A DNA stretch of 64,000 nt from an uncultured Pseudomonadales bacterium (GTDB taxonomy: Bacteria > Patescibacteriota > Microgenomatia > UBA1400 > PJMF01): positions 8,642 through 72,641 of the forward strand of contig CAYSQA010000002.1 of assembly GCA_964433225.1 (NCBI GenBank). The letters run 5' to 3'. Shown piece after piece: positions 45,481-55,242 of the stretch (positions are counted from its first letter, which is position 1; the number at the start of each line of letters is the position of its first letter). The notes below the pieces were generated by a model. That model was not told the DNA's origin. It was given only the letters and a program-made list of their open reading frames with translations, and did not search any database. The translations under genes and the position numbers were made by a program.

Positions 45481-47172
45481 ATGAAGTGGTTAGTAAAGAT
45501 ATTTTTTTATTGTTGGTTGGTTCTTTTTGCTCCAGCAAAAAATATTTTTGCTAATGATAAATGGCTTGAAGTAAATCCTGATCCAGCTGTAATTTGGCAG
45601 GAAAATGATGAGTTGATTACTGGTTTGATGGAGCAACCTATTGGCAATAGTTTTTTGCTAACTAATAATGATTTTTTTCCAACTACAGATAATTTTGTTT
45701 GGCAGTTTACCTTTACCCCTCAACAGGGCAATGATCATAATTTTGTGTGGGGTTTTATCGATGAAAACAACTATTATCAACTTCATTTTGCGACTGGTTC
45801 GATTTGGGTTAATCGCTTTATAGCTGGTCAGGAAATGTTGGCCAAGGGAATTAATTTCGCTTGGCAACAACAACAGGCTTACCAATTGAAAATTGCTAGA
45901 GAAAATGGTTTATTAAGTATTTTTTTGGATGGTTATGAAATTTTTCATTTTGCCGATTGGACTTATGATCCTTTGACTAGTGTTGGGAGTTGGGGTTTTA
46001 AATTAGCAGCAGGCAGTGTTTATCCAGTTGAAACAACAATCAAAGAGTTGAAGTTTTTGGATCACAACTTTTTTGTTTTGCCGGTGACTCAAATTTTTCA
46101 GACTGATCCTTTGTGGTCAGCTAGTATTTATGATCAGGCTGAGAGTTGGTCTAGTCAGCCGACGATCGGTCGTTGGGGTTGTGCTTTAACTTCAGCAGTG
46201 ATGATTCTCAATTTTCATGGTTTTAATTACTTACCTAATGGTCAGGTTTTGGATCCTGAATCACTAAATCAGTGGTTAAAAATTCAGGCCGATGGTTACA
46301 TCGCTGATGGTTTAGTGAATTGGTGGGCAATAACAAGGTTAACTAAGCAATTGGCTGCCCAAGATTTGGTTTTGCCCAAGCTAGAGTTTTCAGTCGTTAC
46401 AGAACATTGGCCAACAACAGCTGAGCTATTAATTCGATCTAGAGTACCGGTAGTTGCTCAAGTTCCTGGTCATTTTGTGGTGTTTTATGGTTTTGATCAG
46501 GACAATCATGATTTTTTAGTTAATGATCCATTGGTTGGTCAGCGAAAAACTGTAGATTATCAGCAGATTAACTCACTTAGAGTTTTTCAACCTAGTTTTA
46601 CTGATTTGAGTTATTTAGTAGTAGTGCATCACCCTCTAACAGAGGTAAGTATTCTTACTAACAATGGAGAGAAGATAGAAACAAGGCAACTTGTTGAACA
46701 GCTCACCACAGATCAGCCAGCAGTTTATTTTACGCTGGTGCCTAAACCAACAGAGCAAGATTACCTAATTGAATTTAGTAACTTAACTCCTGATTTTTCA
46801 CCAACAATTTATGCTTATGATGAGACGGGCGAGGTGAGTTTATTAAATGTGAAAAAAAATACTTTTGCTCAACAAAAAATTAAGCTAAGTTTTAAAAAAA
46901 ATCAGCCAGCCATTTTTCAATTTTTATTTAGTTGGCATGAGTTTTTAAAGTTGGTTGATGATTTTTGGAGGCAGCAGCTAATTTCAGAAAAAATGAAGAC
47001 TAGAGTTGAAGAACGAGTTCAGTTAATTGATCAAGCAGTAACTCACCAGGACAAACTTCGACAAGAGCTTTATTTGAAAAATTTACTGGTTTTTTATCAA
47101 AATTTTTTTGACCACTCCGTAATAGCTCAATTACAAACTATGTTTTTTGAGCTAACATCTCTTGGAGAGTAA
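45481..47172 (+). CDS. Secreted protein with papain-like (C39-like) cysteine peptidase domain
   Basis: Signal peptide. The candidate catalytic Cys lies in QPTIGRWGCALTSAVMIL and the His in PGHFVVFYGFD, resembling Peptidase_C39-like domains. The N-terminal roughly 200 aa may be lectin-like. Confidence 0.5.
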   Translation: MKWLVKIFFYCWLVLFAPAKNIFANDKWLEVNPDPAVIWQENDELITGLMEQPIGNSFLLTNNDFFPTTDNFVWQFTFTPQQGNDHNFVWGFIDENNYYQLHFATGSIWVNRFIAGQEMLAKGINFAWQQQQAYQLKIARENGLLSIFLDGYEIFHFADWTYDPLTSVGSWGFKLAAGSVYPVETTIKELKFLDHNFFVLPVTQIFQTDPLWSASIYDQAESWSSQPTIGRWGCALTSAVMILNFHGFNYLPNGQVLDPESLNQWLKIQADGYIADGLVNWWAITRLTKQLAAQDLVLPKLEFSVVTEHWPTTAELLIRSRVPVVAQVPGHFVVFYGFDQDNHDFLVNDPLVGQRKTVDYQQINSLRVFQPSFTDLSYLVVVHHPLTEVSILTNNGEKIETRQLVEQLTTDQPAVYFTLVPKPTEQDYLIEFSNLTPDFSPTIYAYDETGEVSLLNVKKNTFAQQKIKLSFKKNQPAIFQFLFSWHEFLKLVDDFWRQQLISEKMKTRVEERVQLIDQAVTHQDKLRQELYLKNLLVFYQNFFDHSVIAQLQTMFFELTSLGE

Positions 47173-47752
47173 CGCTGTCTCGGTCTCTCTGAGAAATAAT
47201 CATTTGTTCTTTAGTAATTGGCCATTGAATGTTTAATTCTGGATCAAAAATCGATAGGGCTTTATCACCACTGGGATCTCGATCTTCATAAAAAGCATCG
47301 ACCACATAGTGGTAAAGGAGCGGGCCTTCTATAGCGCAAACTGAGTTAGCCACTCCTTTGGGAATATAGAGAGCAGTACCCTTGTCAGAGTTTTCATCAT
47401 TATCGAATAGAAAATACTCAACTTTTTTAAAAGTTGGTGAGTTGGGTCTAATATCTGCTAGGGCAGAAAACCCTTTACCAGTAAAAGTGGTCACTAATTT
47501 ATTCCAGCCTTCAGCGTGCAATCCTCGGACAACATTAGTTTTGGAAGAAGCCAAGTTAATTTGTTTGAGCTCCATTTTTTTACCAAGTACTTTTTCTAGG
47601 TTTTTCAGGCCAGTAATATCAGCAAAGAAACCTCGATCATCTTGGAATTTTTTGTACTCAAGATAAAGCAGACCATCAATAGTAGTGTGATAAATACCGG
47701 GAGCAATTTCTCGATCAGCACTAGGCTTATAAACAGCAGGCATGTTAGACAT
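47138..47752 (-). CDS. dTDP-4-dehydrorhamnose 3,5-epimerase-like cupin (RmlC family)
   Basis: RGLHAEGW and the surrounding cupin pattern are typical of RmlC-like sugar epimerases. It overlaps the 45481 gene end convergently by 35 nt. Confidence 0.65.
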   Translation of the reverse strand: MSNMPAVYKPSADREIAPGIYHTTIDGLLYLEYKKFQDDRGFFADITGLKNLEKVLGKKMELKQINLASSKTNVVRGLHAEGWNKLVTTFTGKGFSALADIRPNSPTFKKVEYFLFDNDENSDKGTALYIPKGVANSVCAIEGPLLYHYVVDAFYEDRDPSGDKALSIFDPELNIQWPITKEQMIISQRDRDSVTLQEMLAQKT

Positions 47753-47852
47753 GTAATTCCCTTCTATTGGTTGTAAGATTGTCTACACTTTTTTTGTCAC
47801 AAGACGTGGTAAAATCCTTGTCGTCATAGTTTAACATACTTGGGGAAAGTAT

Positions 47853-49064
47853 ATGTTTGAAAAACCACCATTTTTATCACCAGCAGTCTTAAAAAAATAT
47901 GCCGATGTTTTGGTTAATTTTGCCCTAAATTCTGGTCAAGGAGTTAAGGCCGGTGAAGTAGTGAGGTTAGTAGTGCCTGATGTGGCCAAAGCTTTAGCTT
48001 TGGAATTACAGAATGCAGTTTTAAAAGCAGGTGCTCACCCAATGATGCGGTTTTTACCAACTGGTTTTGACCGTGATTTTTATACTCTGGCTAATGAAGA
48101 ACAATTAACTTTTTTTCCTAGAAAATTCAGCAAAGTTCAAGTTGATTTGATTGATCATACTTTGGGTATTTTGGCCGATCCTGAACCAGCAGAACTGGCT
48201 GAGGTTGATCCCAAGAAAATTATTTTAGCGCGTGATTCCAAAAAAGCTCTGAGAGACTGGATGGATGCCAAAGAACAAGCTGGTAAATACACTTGGACAA
48301 TTGGCTTGTGGGGTGTTGAGGCCAAAGCCAAAGAAGTCGGTCTAACTTTGAAAGAATATTGGGAGCAAATTATCAAAGCTTGTTATTTGGACAAAGAGAA
48401 TCCAGTTGCAGAATGGAAAAAAATTGCCCAATTTCAGGAAAGAGTGAAGACTGTTTTAAATGACATGCAGATAGAGTATGTGACTGTTAAAGGTCAAGAT
48501 CTAGATCTTCGAGTGAGGATCGGTGAGAAACGTCGTTGGCGTGGTGGTGAGGGTAGAAATATTCCTAGTTTTGAGATCTTTACTTCTCCAGATTGGCGTG
48601 GGACTGAAGGTTGGGTTAAGTTTAATCAGCCTCTTTATCGTTATGGGCAGATTATCAAGGGAATTGAAATGAAGTTTGAACGAGGTCATGTGGTGGCAGC
48701 TTCTGCTAAACAAGGTGACAGGTTTTTGCAAGAGATGTTAAAAAGTAATAATGCTGATAAGTTGGGTGAGTTCTCTTTGACCGATAAAAGAACTTCTAGA
48801 ATTACCCATGTGATGGCCGAGACTTTATTTGATGAAAATATTGGTGGTCCTTTTGGTAACACTCATGTAGCCATAGGTCGTGCTTACCGTGATTGCTATT
48901 TGGATGATCCCAGTAAGCTGACCGATGTGGAGTGGCAAGAATTAGGTTATAACGATTCAGCTGAACATACCGATATGGTTTCTACCACTGATAGGGTGGT
49001 GACTGCTTTCATGAAAGATGGATCCTCCAAAATAATTTACCGTGATGGGATGTTTACGGTGTAA
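47853..49064 (+). CDS. M29-family aminopeptidase (AmpS/PepS-like)
   Basis: N-terminal LKKYADVLVNFALNSGQGVKAGEVV signature of the thermophilic-metalloprotease M29 family. Confidence 0.7.
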   Translation: MFEKPPFLSPAVLKKYADVLVNFALNSGQGVKAGEVVRLVVPDVAKALALELQNAVLKAGAHPMMRFLPTGFDRDFYTLANEEQLTFFPRKFSKVQVDLIDHTLGILADPEPAELAEVDPKKIILARDSKKALRDWMDAKEQAGKYTWTIGLWGVEAKAKEVGLTLKEYWEQIIKACYLDKENPVAEWKKIAQFQERVKTVLNDMQIEYVTVKGQDLDLRVRIGEKRRWRGGEGRNIPSFEIFTSPDWRGTEGWVKFNQPLYRYGQIIKGIEMKFERGHVVAASAKQGDRFLQEMLKSNNADKLGEFSLTDKRTSRITHVMAETLFDENIGGPFGNTHVAIGRAYRDCYLDDPSKLTDVEWQELGYNDSAEHTDMVSTTDRVVTAFMKDGSSKIIYRDGMFTV

Positions 49065-49073
49065 AATAGGGTT

Positions 49074-49853
49074 ATGATTTTAACTTCATCACAAGAGATT
49101 GAAAAATACCAAGCTATCGCTAAATTATCGACAGATATTTTGTGGCAACTTCATCAATTTACTAAAGCAGGAGTGACACCTGTAGAGATAGATGCCTTGG
49201 CAGAAAAATTGGCCATGGAGACTGGAGCAAAACCTAACTTTAAAGGAGTCGGTGGTCCCCGCAATCCTTACCAGTATTCGACTTGTATCTCAGTCAATGA
49301 TACTGTGGTGCATGGTATTCCTCAGGATAAACCTTTGCAAACAGGTGATTTAGTCAAAGTTGATTTTGGGATTGAAAAGGATGGTTACAATACTGATCAT
49401 TGTTTTACGGTAGTGATTGGCGACTATTTATCTCCAGCAGATGAGCTCTTGATGAAGACTGGTCGTAAGGCAGTGCTAAAAGCTGCACAAGCTGCTAAAG
49501 CCGGAGTGAGGATTGGAGATCTTGGTTATCTTATGGAAACAACAGTGGTGGAACAAGGTTTTACAGTAGCAGAACAATATGTTGGACATGGGATTGGTCA
49601 AACCTTACATGATGAACCGCAACTTCCGGCCTGGGGTGACCCAGGAACTGGAGCTAAGCTTCGTGAAGGGATGGTGGTTTGTGTCGAGGCCCAAGTGATT
49701 GCTGGAAACAATGATTTGTATGTTGATGCAGATGGTTGGTCAGTCAAAACTCGTGATGGTTCAAGAGCGGTGATGTTTGAATATATGGTGCTAGTCGGCA
49801 AAGATAGTGCCAAAATTTTAACCCCGACTATGGATTGGCCATTGGTCAAGTAA
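49074..49853 (+). CDS. map: Methionine aminopeptidase type I
   Basis: Pita-bread metal ligands are present in VVHGIP, DFG and DHCFTV, and in the YVGHGIG, HDEP and VCVEAQV blocks. Confidence 0.9.
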   Translation: MILTSSQEIEKYQAIAKLSTDILWQLHQFTKAGVTPVEIDALAEKLAMETGAKPNFKGVGGPRNPYQYSTCISVNDTVVHGIPQDKPLQTGDLVKVDFGIEKDGYNTDHCFTVVIGDYLSPADELLMKTGRKAVLKAAQAAKAGVRIGDLGYLMETTVVEQGFTVAEQYVGHGIGQTLHDEPQLPAWGDPGTGAKLREGMVVCVEAQVIAGNNDLYVDADGWSVKTRDGSRAVMFEYMVLVGKDSAKILTPTMDWPLVK

Positions 49854-49914
49854 TTTTTGTCAAGTTTTTCCTACTCTGGCTTCTTTGACTTTTGTGTGTA
49901 TAATTATACATCTT

Positions 49915-51186
49915 ATGACCGCAAAAACTGCAAAAAAAGCTTCAACCGAGATTGCTAAAAAAGAAATTAAAGCTAGTAAAAAACTAGTAAAAAAAATAGT
50001 CAAAGAAACTAAAGCAACGGCAGCCAAGCAAGTTGAAGAATTGGCAGAAGATAATGGGGTCACTACTCCATTTATTTTTCTTCCTCAACAAGAAGAAAAA
50101 AAACTACCAGCTAAAACTCAAGAACAGGTAGAGGCCTTATTCAAAAAAGCCAAAAAACAAGGTTACGTTACCCAAGAAGAAATCTTGGATGTATTTGTTG
50201 AGCCAGAACTTTACTTGGAACAGTTAGATGATTTTTATGATGATATTGTTAAAGCAGACATTGATGTATTTGAAGCAGTTTCCGAAACTAAAGAGGAAGA
50301 AGATAGTGACGAATTACAACAAGAATTAGATTTACTTAGCAGTTTGAAGAATACGGGTGTAGCTGATCCAGTCAGAATGTATCTTAAGGAGATTGGTCGG
50401 ATTCCGTTGCTCAATCGTGAACAGGAAATTCGTTTAGCTCAAGAAGTAGAGGCCGGGAGTGACAAAGCCAAACAAAAATTAATCGATGCCAATTTGAGAT
50501 TAGTTGTTTCTATTGCCAAAAAATACATTGGTCGTGGGATGACTTTTTTGGATTTGATTCAAGAAGGTAATAAAGGTTTGATTAGAGCAGTCGAGAAATT
50601 CGACTGGACCAAAGGATTTAAGTTTTCGACTTATGCCACCTGGTGGATTCGTCAGGCTATTACTCGTTCCATCGCCGATCAAGCTAGAACCATTCGTATC
50701 CCAGTTCACATGGTGGAAACCATCAACAAGCTGATGAGAACGGCTCGTCGCTTGATGCAAGATCTCGGTCGTGAGCCGACCCCAGAAGAAATTGGTGAAA
50801 AAATGGAGATGGAACCGGAAAAGGTTCGTGAAATCTTGAAGATTTCACAAAACACTACCTCTTTGGAAACTCCAGTCGGTGATGGCGAAGACGATAGCAT
50901 TTTGGGTGATTTCATTGCTGATGACAAACAAATTTCTCCATATGAGGCCACTAGTAAACAAATGTTGCGTGAAAACATCGAGGAAGTATTGAGTGCTTTA
51001 TCCGATCGTGAGGCTAAAGTTTTGAAGATGAGATTTGGTTTACAGGGTAATAAAACCATGACTTTGGAAGAAGTTGGTAAGAAGTTTGGGGTGACCCGTG
51101 AACGGATTCGTCAAATCGAGGCAAAAGCCCTGCGTAAGCTCAAACATCCAAGTCGCAGAAAGAAGTTGCAAGACTTCTTAGAATAG
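49915..51186 (+). CDS. rpoD: RNA polymerase primary sigma factor (RpoD/SigA)
   Basis: Region 2 [18 protein letters not shown]...[10 protein letters not shown] and region 4 [27 protein letters not shown]. The start at MTAKTAKK (49915) is preferred because an extended -10 TGTGTATAAT sits just upstream inside the ORF-track extension. Confidence 0.9.
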   Translation: MTAKTAKKASTEIAKKEIKASKKLVKKIVKETKATAAKQVEELAEDNGVTTPFIFLPQQEEKKLPAKTQEQVEALFKKAKKQGYVTQEEILDVFVEPELYLEQLDDFYDDIVKADIDVFEAVSETKEEEDSDELQQELDLLSSLKNTGVADPVRMYLKEIGRIPLLNREQEIRLAQEVEAGSDKAKQKLIDANLRLVVSIAKKYIGRGMTFLDLIQEGNKGLIRAVEKFDWTKGFKFSTYATWWIRQAITRSIADQARTIRIPVHMVETINKLMRTARRLMQDLGREPTPEEIGEKMEMEPEKVREILKISQNTTSLETPVGDGEDDSILGDFIADDKQISPYEATSKQMLRENIEEVLSALSDREAKVLKMRFGLQGNKTMTLEEVGKKFGVTRERIRQIEAKALRKLKHPSRRKKLQDFLE

Positions 51187-51211
51187 ATATAATACTGAGG
51201 TTCTTTATTAT

Positions 51212-51283
51212 TCCCCTGTAGCTCAGCGGCAGAGCAGGAAGCTGTTAACTTCAAGGTCGTAGGTTCGAATCCTACCGGGGGAG
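51212..51283 (+). tRNA. tRNA-Asn (anticodon GTT)
   Basis: Manual fold: acceptor TCCCCTG/CGGGGGA, D stem GCTC/GAGC, anticodon loop CTGTTAA, T arm GTAGG-TTCGAAT-CCTAC. Confidence 0.85.
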
Positions 51284-51359
51284 CACCTTTATTTTTCTCA
51301 AGAACAATATCCTAATAACTCAAGACCATTCTGTGGAGGGTTGAACTCTTGTTATAATT

Positions 51360-52058
51360 TTGTATATGAAAAACAAGTCTACAATTTACGCGAAGAATTC
51401 TGATGGTATTTATAAAATTATTCATATTGAAGTTAAAGAAGATGATTCGCTACATATTTATTTTCCTAGAAAGAATGGATATTTTGTTAGAAGCAAACAA
51501 GATATTGACTTAGGTGGTTTCAAAAGTAAAAAATTTACTTTTGAAAGTAATATAAAAGGTCATGTTTATGAGCCTTACTTTAGTTATCACCCAGGTAAGA
51601 GTGTGGTGCATTTTAATGCAAAAGATTCAATTGGTAACAAAATTCCTTTTATTAAAGATAGACGAAGTTCAAATATAAAAGATTTAATTGATAATGAAGA
51701 GTTTGCGCCCTTAATGACAATTGTTATTCCACCAAAAATGAATGTTTTTGATAAAGTTACATCTTTAAGAAAACACAATCTACTATTAAATGTTCCTAGA
51801 AATCATGTGGCTTTATCACTAGAAATTCTAATCCATGGAAAAGGTGGATATGTAGATAAAGATAATCTGCCTTTTAAAGAAAAAAGAAATGTTTCTTTTA
51901 TTTGTCATTTAAATGACAAATTGACTAATAATTTGTCATATACACTTGTTTTGAACAATATCTTAATAGAATCTGAAAATGATATCCCTTCTGAAATTTT
52001 TGCTATAGCCTGGAATCAGGAAATGCCTATAGGTATTTCTCTTTCTGCTAATAATTAA
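51360..52058 (+). CDS. Hypothetical protein in AT-rich island
   Basis: Complete 232-aa ORF with no signal peptide and no recognised domain. The true start may be the third codon (MKNKST). Confidence 0.5.
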   Translation: MYMKNKSTIYAKNSDGIYKIIHIEVKEDDSLHIYFPRKNGYFVRSKQDIDLGGFKSKKFTFESNIKGHVYEPYFSYHPGKSVVHFNAKDSIGNKIPFIKDRRSSNIKDLIDNEEFAPLMTIVIPPKMNVFDKVTSLRKHNLLLNVPRNHVALSLEILIHGKGGYVDKDNLPFKEKRNVSFICHLNDKLTNNLSYTLVLNNILIESENDIPSEIFAIAWNQEMPIGISLSANN

Positions 52059-52134
52059 ACAAAACAGTTCTTTACTTCCTCAATAATTGGGAGTTAACCC
52101 ATGATATATCCCAATAAATACACAGAAATAGAGG

Positions 52135-52160
52135 CTAGAACTTCTTCTAGTCTGGTTTTT
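52135..52160 (+). terminator. Rho-independent terminator (CTAGAA-CTTC-TTCTAG followed by a T-run)
   Basis: 6-7-bp stem with a tetraloop, followed by TCTGGTTTTT, between the two island genes. Confidence 0.45.
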
Positions 52161-52174
52161 ATTGGTCATTTAGA

Positions 52175-53188
52175 ATGGTTATAAACATGATTCTTGAAAC
52201 AATATCACTAAATAAATTTATCGAAAAGGTGCTCGGCATCTATGTCCAGCTGAATAGAGAAGGTTTAGATGGAATCATTAAAGACAGGGTAATTTATTTA
52301 AAACACTTAATAGAGAAGGATAGATTGGATAACTTAATTACAGAAGACCTAATACCACTATTTAAAGTAATTTTTGACGCGCAAGTTTTGGTAGGTTCTT
52401 CATACTCCTTTGATTCTTTTTCCATTTCAGACATCAGTTTGTTCGGATTGAAAGATTTGAAGAATTTGAATAGGGATCAACAAGAAGATTGGCTGATGCA
52501 AATGAAAATCCAATCGTGGTTACACTATAGGGGGATTCCACCACTCAATGATTTGAAGAGCATTGTTAAGCACAGTGTTTGCGAATATCGGTTTGATTTT
52601 TCGTCTCAAAAACATCTTGTGGAGTGTAAAAATCTTCACATGGGAGGCTCTAAAAATTCTGATGTACTGATAAATAAAATACTTGCGAAAATAGATCAAA
52701 ATCAGTTGAACAAAACTGAAGAAGGTTTTAGTACAAATGCCTTTAAAACAATGTACCTTGACATAAGTGATTATATAAAAAAAGACAACTTATCCACAAT
52801 TTCCAAATATGATATTGAGATAAATGTTCCTAATATGACATTTATGTCTAAATTAAGTGATGATATTAACCATTATGTTTTTAATACAAAAAAGGCTTCA
52901 CAGATCGATAATTTGGTTTTATGTTGGCATGAGTTTTATAAATTTAATGGCCAAGTAATAGTATTACTTTACAATTCAGCACAATTTGGTAAAAGAAGTA
53001 ACCTTATATTTGATGGGTTAGCCTTAGAAATGTTCCCTATGAAAGATAAAAGAGGTATTTTTAGTGAGATAAGATTTAAAACTAATTTCTCCAATAAAGA
53101 TTATCCTGCAGAAATCCGTACAACTCTTAACATGTTACTAAGTCCTGAAGCTTTTTTTGTGGTATCAGATGAGGAGAAATCTATATAA
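52175..53188 (+). CDS. Hypothetical protein in AT-rich island
   Basis: Complete 337-aa ORF, cytoplasmic, with no recognised domain. Confidence 0.5.
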   Translation: MVINMILETISLNKFIEKVLGIYVQLNREGLDGIIKDRVIYLKHLIEKDRLDNLITEDLIPLFKVIFDAQVLVGSSYSFDSFSISDISLFGLKDLKNLNRDQQEDWLMQMKIQSWLHYRGIPPLNDLKSIVKHSVCEYRFDFSSQKHLVECKNLHMGGSKNSDVLINKILAKIDQNQLNKTEEGFSTNAFKTMYLDISDYIKKDNLSTISKYDIEINVPNMTFMSKLSDDINHYVFNTKKASQIDNLVLCWHEFYKFNGQVIVLLYNSAQFGKRSNLIFDGLALEMFPMKDKRGIFSEIRFKTNFSNKDYPAEIRTTLNMLLSPEAFFVVSDEEKSI

Positions 53189-53231
53189 AACATTCCCTAA
53201 TTTTGTCTACAACATGGAGCACTTACAGTAT

Positions 53232-54785
53232 TTATTCTACGGTAGCTTCATATACGCTAACATCATCAGATAGTTTATATTCATTGACAATTTTTCCGTA
53301 TTTTTGTCTATTCCACCAATCTACTAATAATTGTTTATAGATCGGTTTTTCAACAATGAAAAATATTTTTTCTGCTGGTCCTATTTGTGTAGAACTAGAA
53401 AAATATTTCATTAAATCTGGTTTTTGAACTACATAGTTGGGTATATTTGGTTGATAGGCAAAATCTATTGGCAGTTTTTTTCCATTAATGGCTTGATAAA
53501 AGTATAGATATTGATAAGAAAAATCATAAATATCTGGGACATATTGATATGAGGCAAATGGTTTTCCGTCTGCTTTTTCGTAAATTAAATTAATGGCTTG
53601 TTGTTTTATTGGTAAGAATTCTCTGCTATTTGCATATTTACCATTTAATGTTGAGAAATATTGATAAGTTGATAGAAAACTAGATGCTATAAGTAAAATT
53701 ATCAATATAAATGAATAGTTTTTATTTATTTTTTTCAAGAAATCAACAAAGAAAACTACAGCTACTGGCATTAAACCAAATAAATACCAGAAGTTATAAT
53801 GTGTTAAAAATAACCAAATGTCAGTAATAATAAACCAGGCAGTAAATTCTAAAAAATATTTATTCTTATTTGTTTTTTTCCAACGCCAAGATTTCCAAAT
53901 GATTAGTATTAAAACTATTAAGCCCAGGTAGGTTTCTATTTTGCTTTGAAAAAAATTGGGTAATAAACTTTGTCTAACTTCAATAAGTGATTGAGTCAAT
54001 ACATTGAAAATAGATGGTTTAACACCTTGTTCAATGTTGACTTGTCCAGTTAGGTAAGCTAATACCCCCTTAACTTCAGAAAATTCATGTCTTAATTCAA
54101 AAACTAACTGAGGTAAAAATGGAATGAAAAATCCACTACAAATGAAAATTATTTTTCTTAAAGACAATTTAATGTTTCTAATTTTGAGACTGATAAAAAC
54201 TAATAATGGATAAAGGACCGCAAAAGCCGTAGAAAAGTGAAAACCACTGGCCATTAAAAAACCCAGACTCAACCAATAAAATCTTTCCTTAATTTTTGAT
54301 TGTTTTTTTTCTTCCAACTTTTTAAAAACTACTAGAATGAGCCAGGTTACTAATGTTAGCGGGAATGGATTCCAAGCACTAGTTGTTACCATAAACCATA
54401 AAGGTGTAGAGGTAAAAATTAAGGCAGCCATAAAACCAAAATATTTATTAATTAACCATAGTTGGAAAATACCTAGCAACATAATGGTTACAACACCAGC
54501 AAGAGGATGGAAGTTAGTTAATAAAAACCCCGGTGCCAATAAGTAGTACCAACCTGGACCAAAATATAATCCTGGGATACTAGTCCAGGGTCCAATTAAT
54601 TTTGGAGATTTGTTTAAGATCATATCCATGACAGCCAAGGAATCTTTTCCATGATCAAAACCAAATGGAATTACACCATATAAAATTATTTGAAATCTAG
54701 AGAGTAAATAAAGAAATAGTAGTATAAAAAATTTATTCAAAGACTTATTATTTTGTAAAAATTTTTTTTTAATTAATTTAATCAT
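53232..54785 (-). CDS. GT-C-fold glycosyltransferase-like polytopic membrane protein (ArnT/PMT-like)
   Basis: About 12 TM segments with an early FGFDHGKD acidic motif. It is a paralog-like relative of the 28261 gene. Confidence 0.6.
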   Translation of the reverse strand: MIKLIKKKFLQNNKSLNKFFILLFLYLLSRFQIILYGVIPFGFDHGKDSLAVMDMILNKSPKLIGPWTSIPGLYFGPGWYYLLAPGFLLTNFHPLAGVVTIMLLGIFQLWLINKYFGFMAALIFTSTPLWFMVTTSAWNPFPLTLVTWLILVVFKKLEEKKQSKIKERFYWLSLGFLMASGFHFSTAFAVLYPLLVFISLKIRNIKLSLRKIIFICSGFFIPFLPQLVFELRHEFSEVKGVLAYLTGQVNIEQGVKPSIFNVLTQSLIEVRQSLLPNFFQSKIETYLGLIVLILIIWKSWRWKKTNKNKYFLEFTAWFIITDIWLFLTHYNFWYLFGLMPVAVVFFVDFLKKINKNYSFILIILLIASSFLSTYQYFSTLNGKYANSREFLPIKQQAINLIYEKADGKPFASYQYVPDIYDFSYQYLYFYQAINGKKLPIDFAYQPNIPNYVVQKPDLMKYFSSSTQIGPAEKIFFIVEKPIYKQLLVDWWNRQKYGKIVNEYKLSDDVSVYEATVE

Positions 54786-54893
54786 AAATAAAGATTAGTA
54801 AAATTATATAACAGAACGGCACGAATATTCTTTTCAGGAAGTTTGTAAATACTATTTTCATTTAGTGAATAGTTAATGCTATAATTTTTAGCT

Positions 54894-55199
54894 ATGTCCC
54901 CAAATCCCCTAATTAATGCTCTCAGTGCAGCTGCTTATATTTTTTCGGTTGTGACGATAATGAATTTTGTTACTCAACCGCTTAGAGATAAACCAGATAC
55001 ATTTTTTGCACCGATCATGGTTCTATTTATGCTAACACTTTCGGTGGTTATAATGGCTTTTTTATTTTTTTACCAACCACTTTTACTTTTTATTGAGGGA
55101 AAGAAAAAACAAGCAGTAAACTTATTTGTAAAAACTGTTGGAATTTTTGCTATTTTTACCATTATTGTTTTATTGATGTTTTCAGTTGGGATTTTTTAA
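54894..55199 (+). CDS. Small three-TM membrane protein
   Basis: 101 aa, almost entirely hydrophobic helices. Confidence 0.4.
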   Translation: MSPNPLINALSAAAYIFSVVTIMNFVTQPLRDKPDTFFAPIMVLFMLTLSVVIMAFLFFYQPLLLFIEGKKKQAVNLFVKTVGIFAIFTIIVLLMFSVGIF

Positions 55200-55242
55200 A
55201 TTTAATTAAATAACCAGCCTCGATACTGCTATAATTTCAACC

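Noticed and set aside
49877-49900. TTGACT followed 8 bp later by TATAAT upstream of rpoD as a canonical -35/-10 pair.
   Set aside because: The spacer is far too short. It is interpreted as an extended -10 (TGTGTATAAT), and the rpoD start was moved to 49915.
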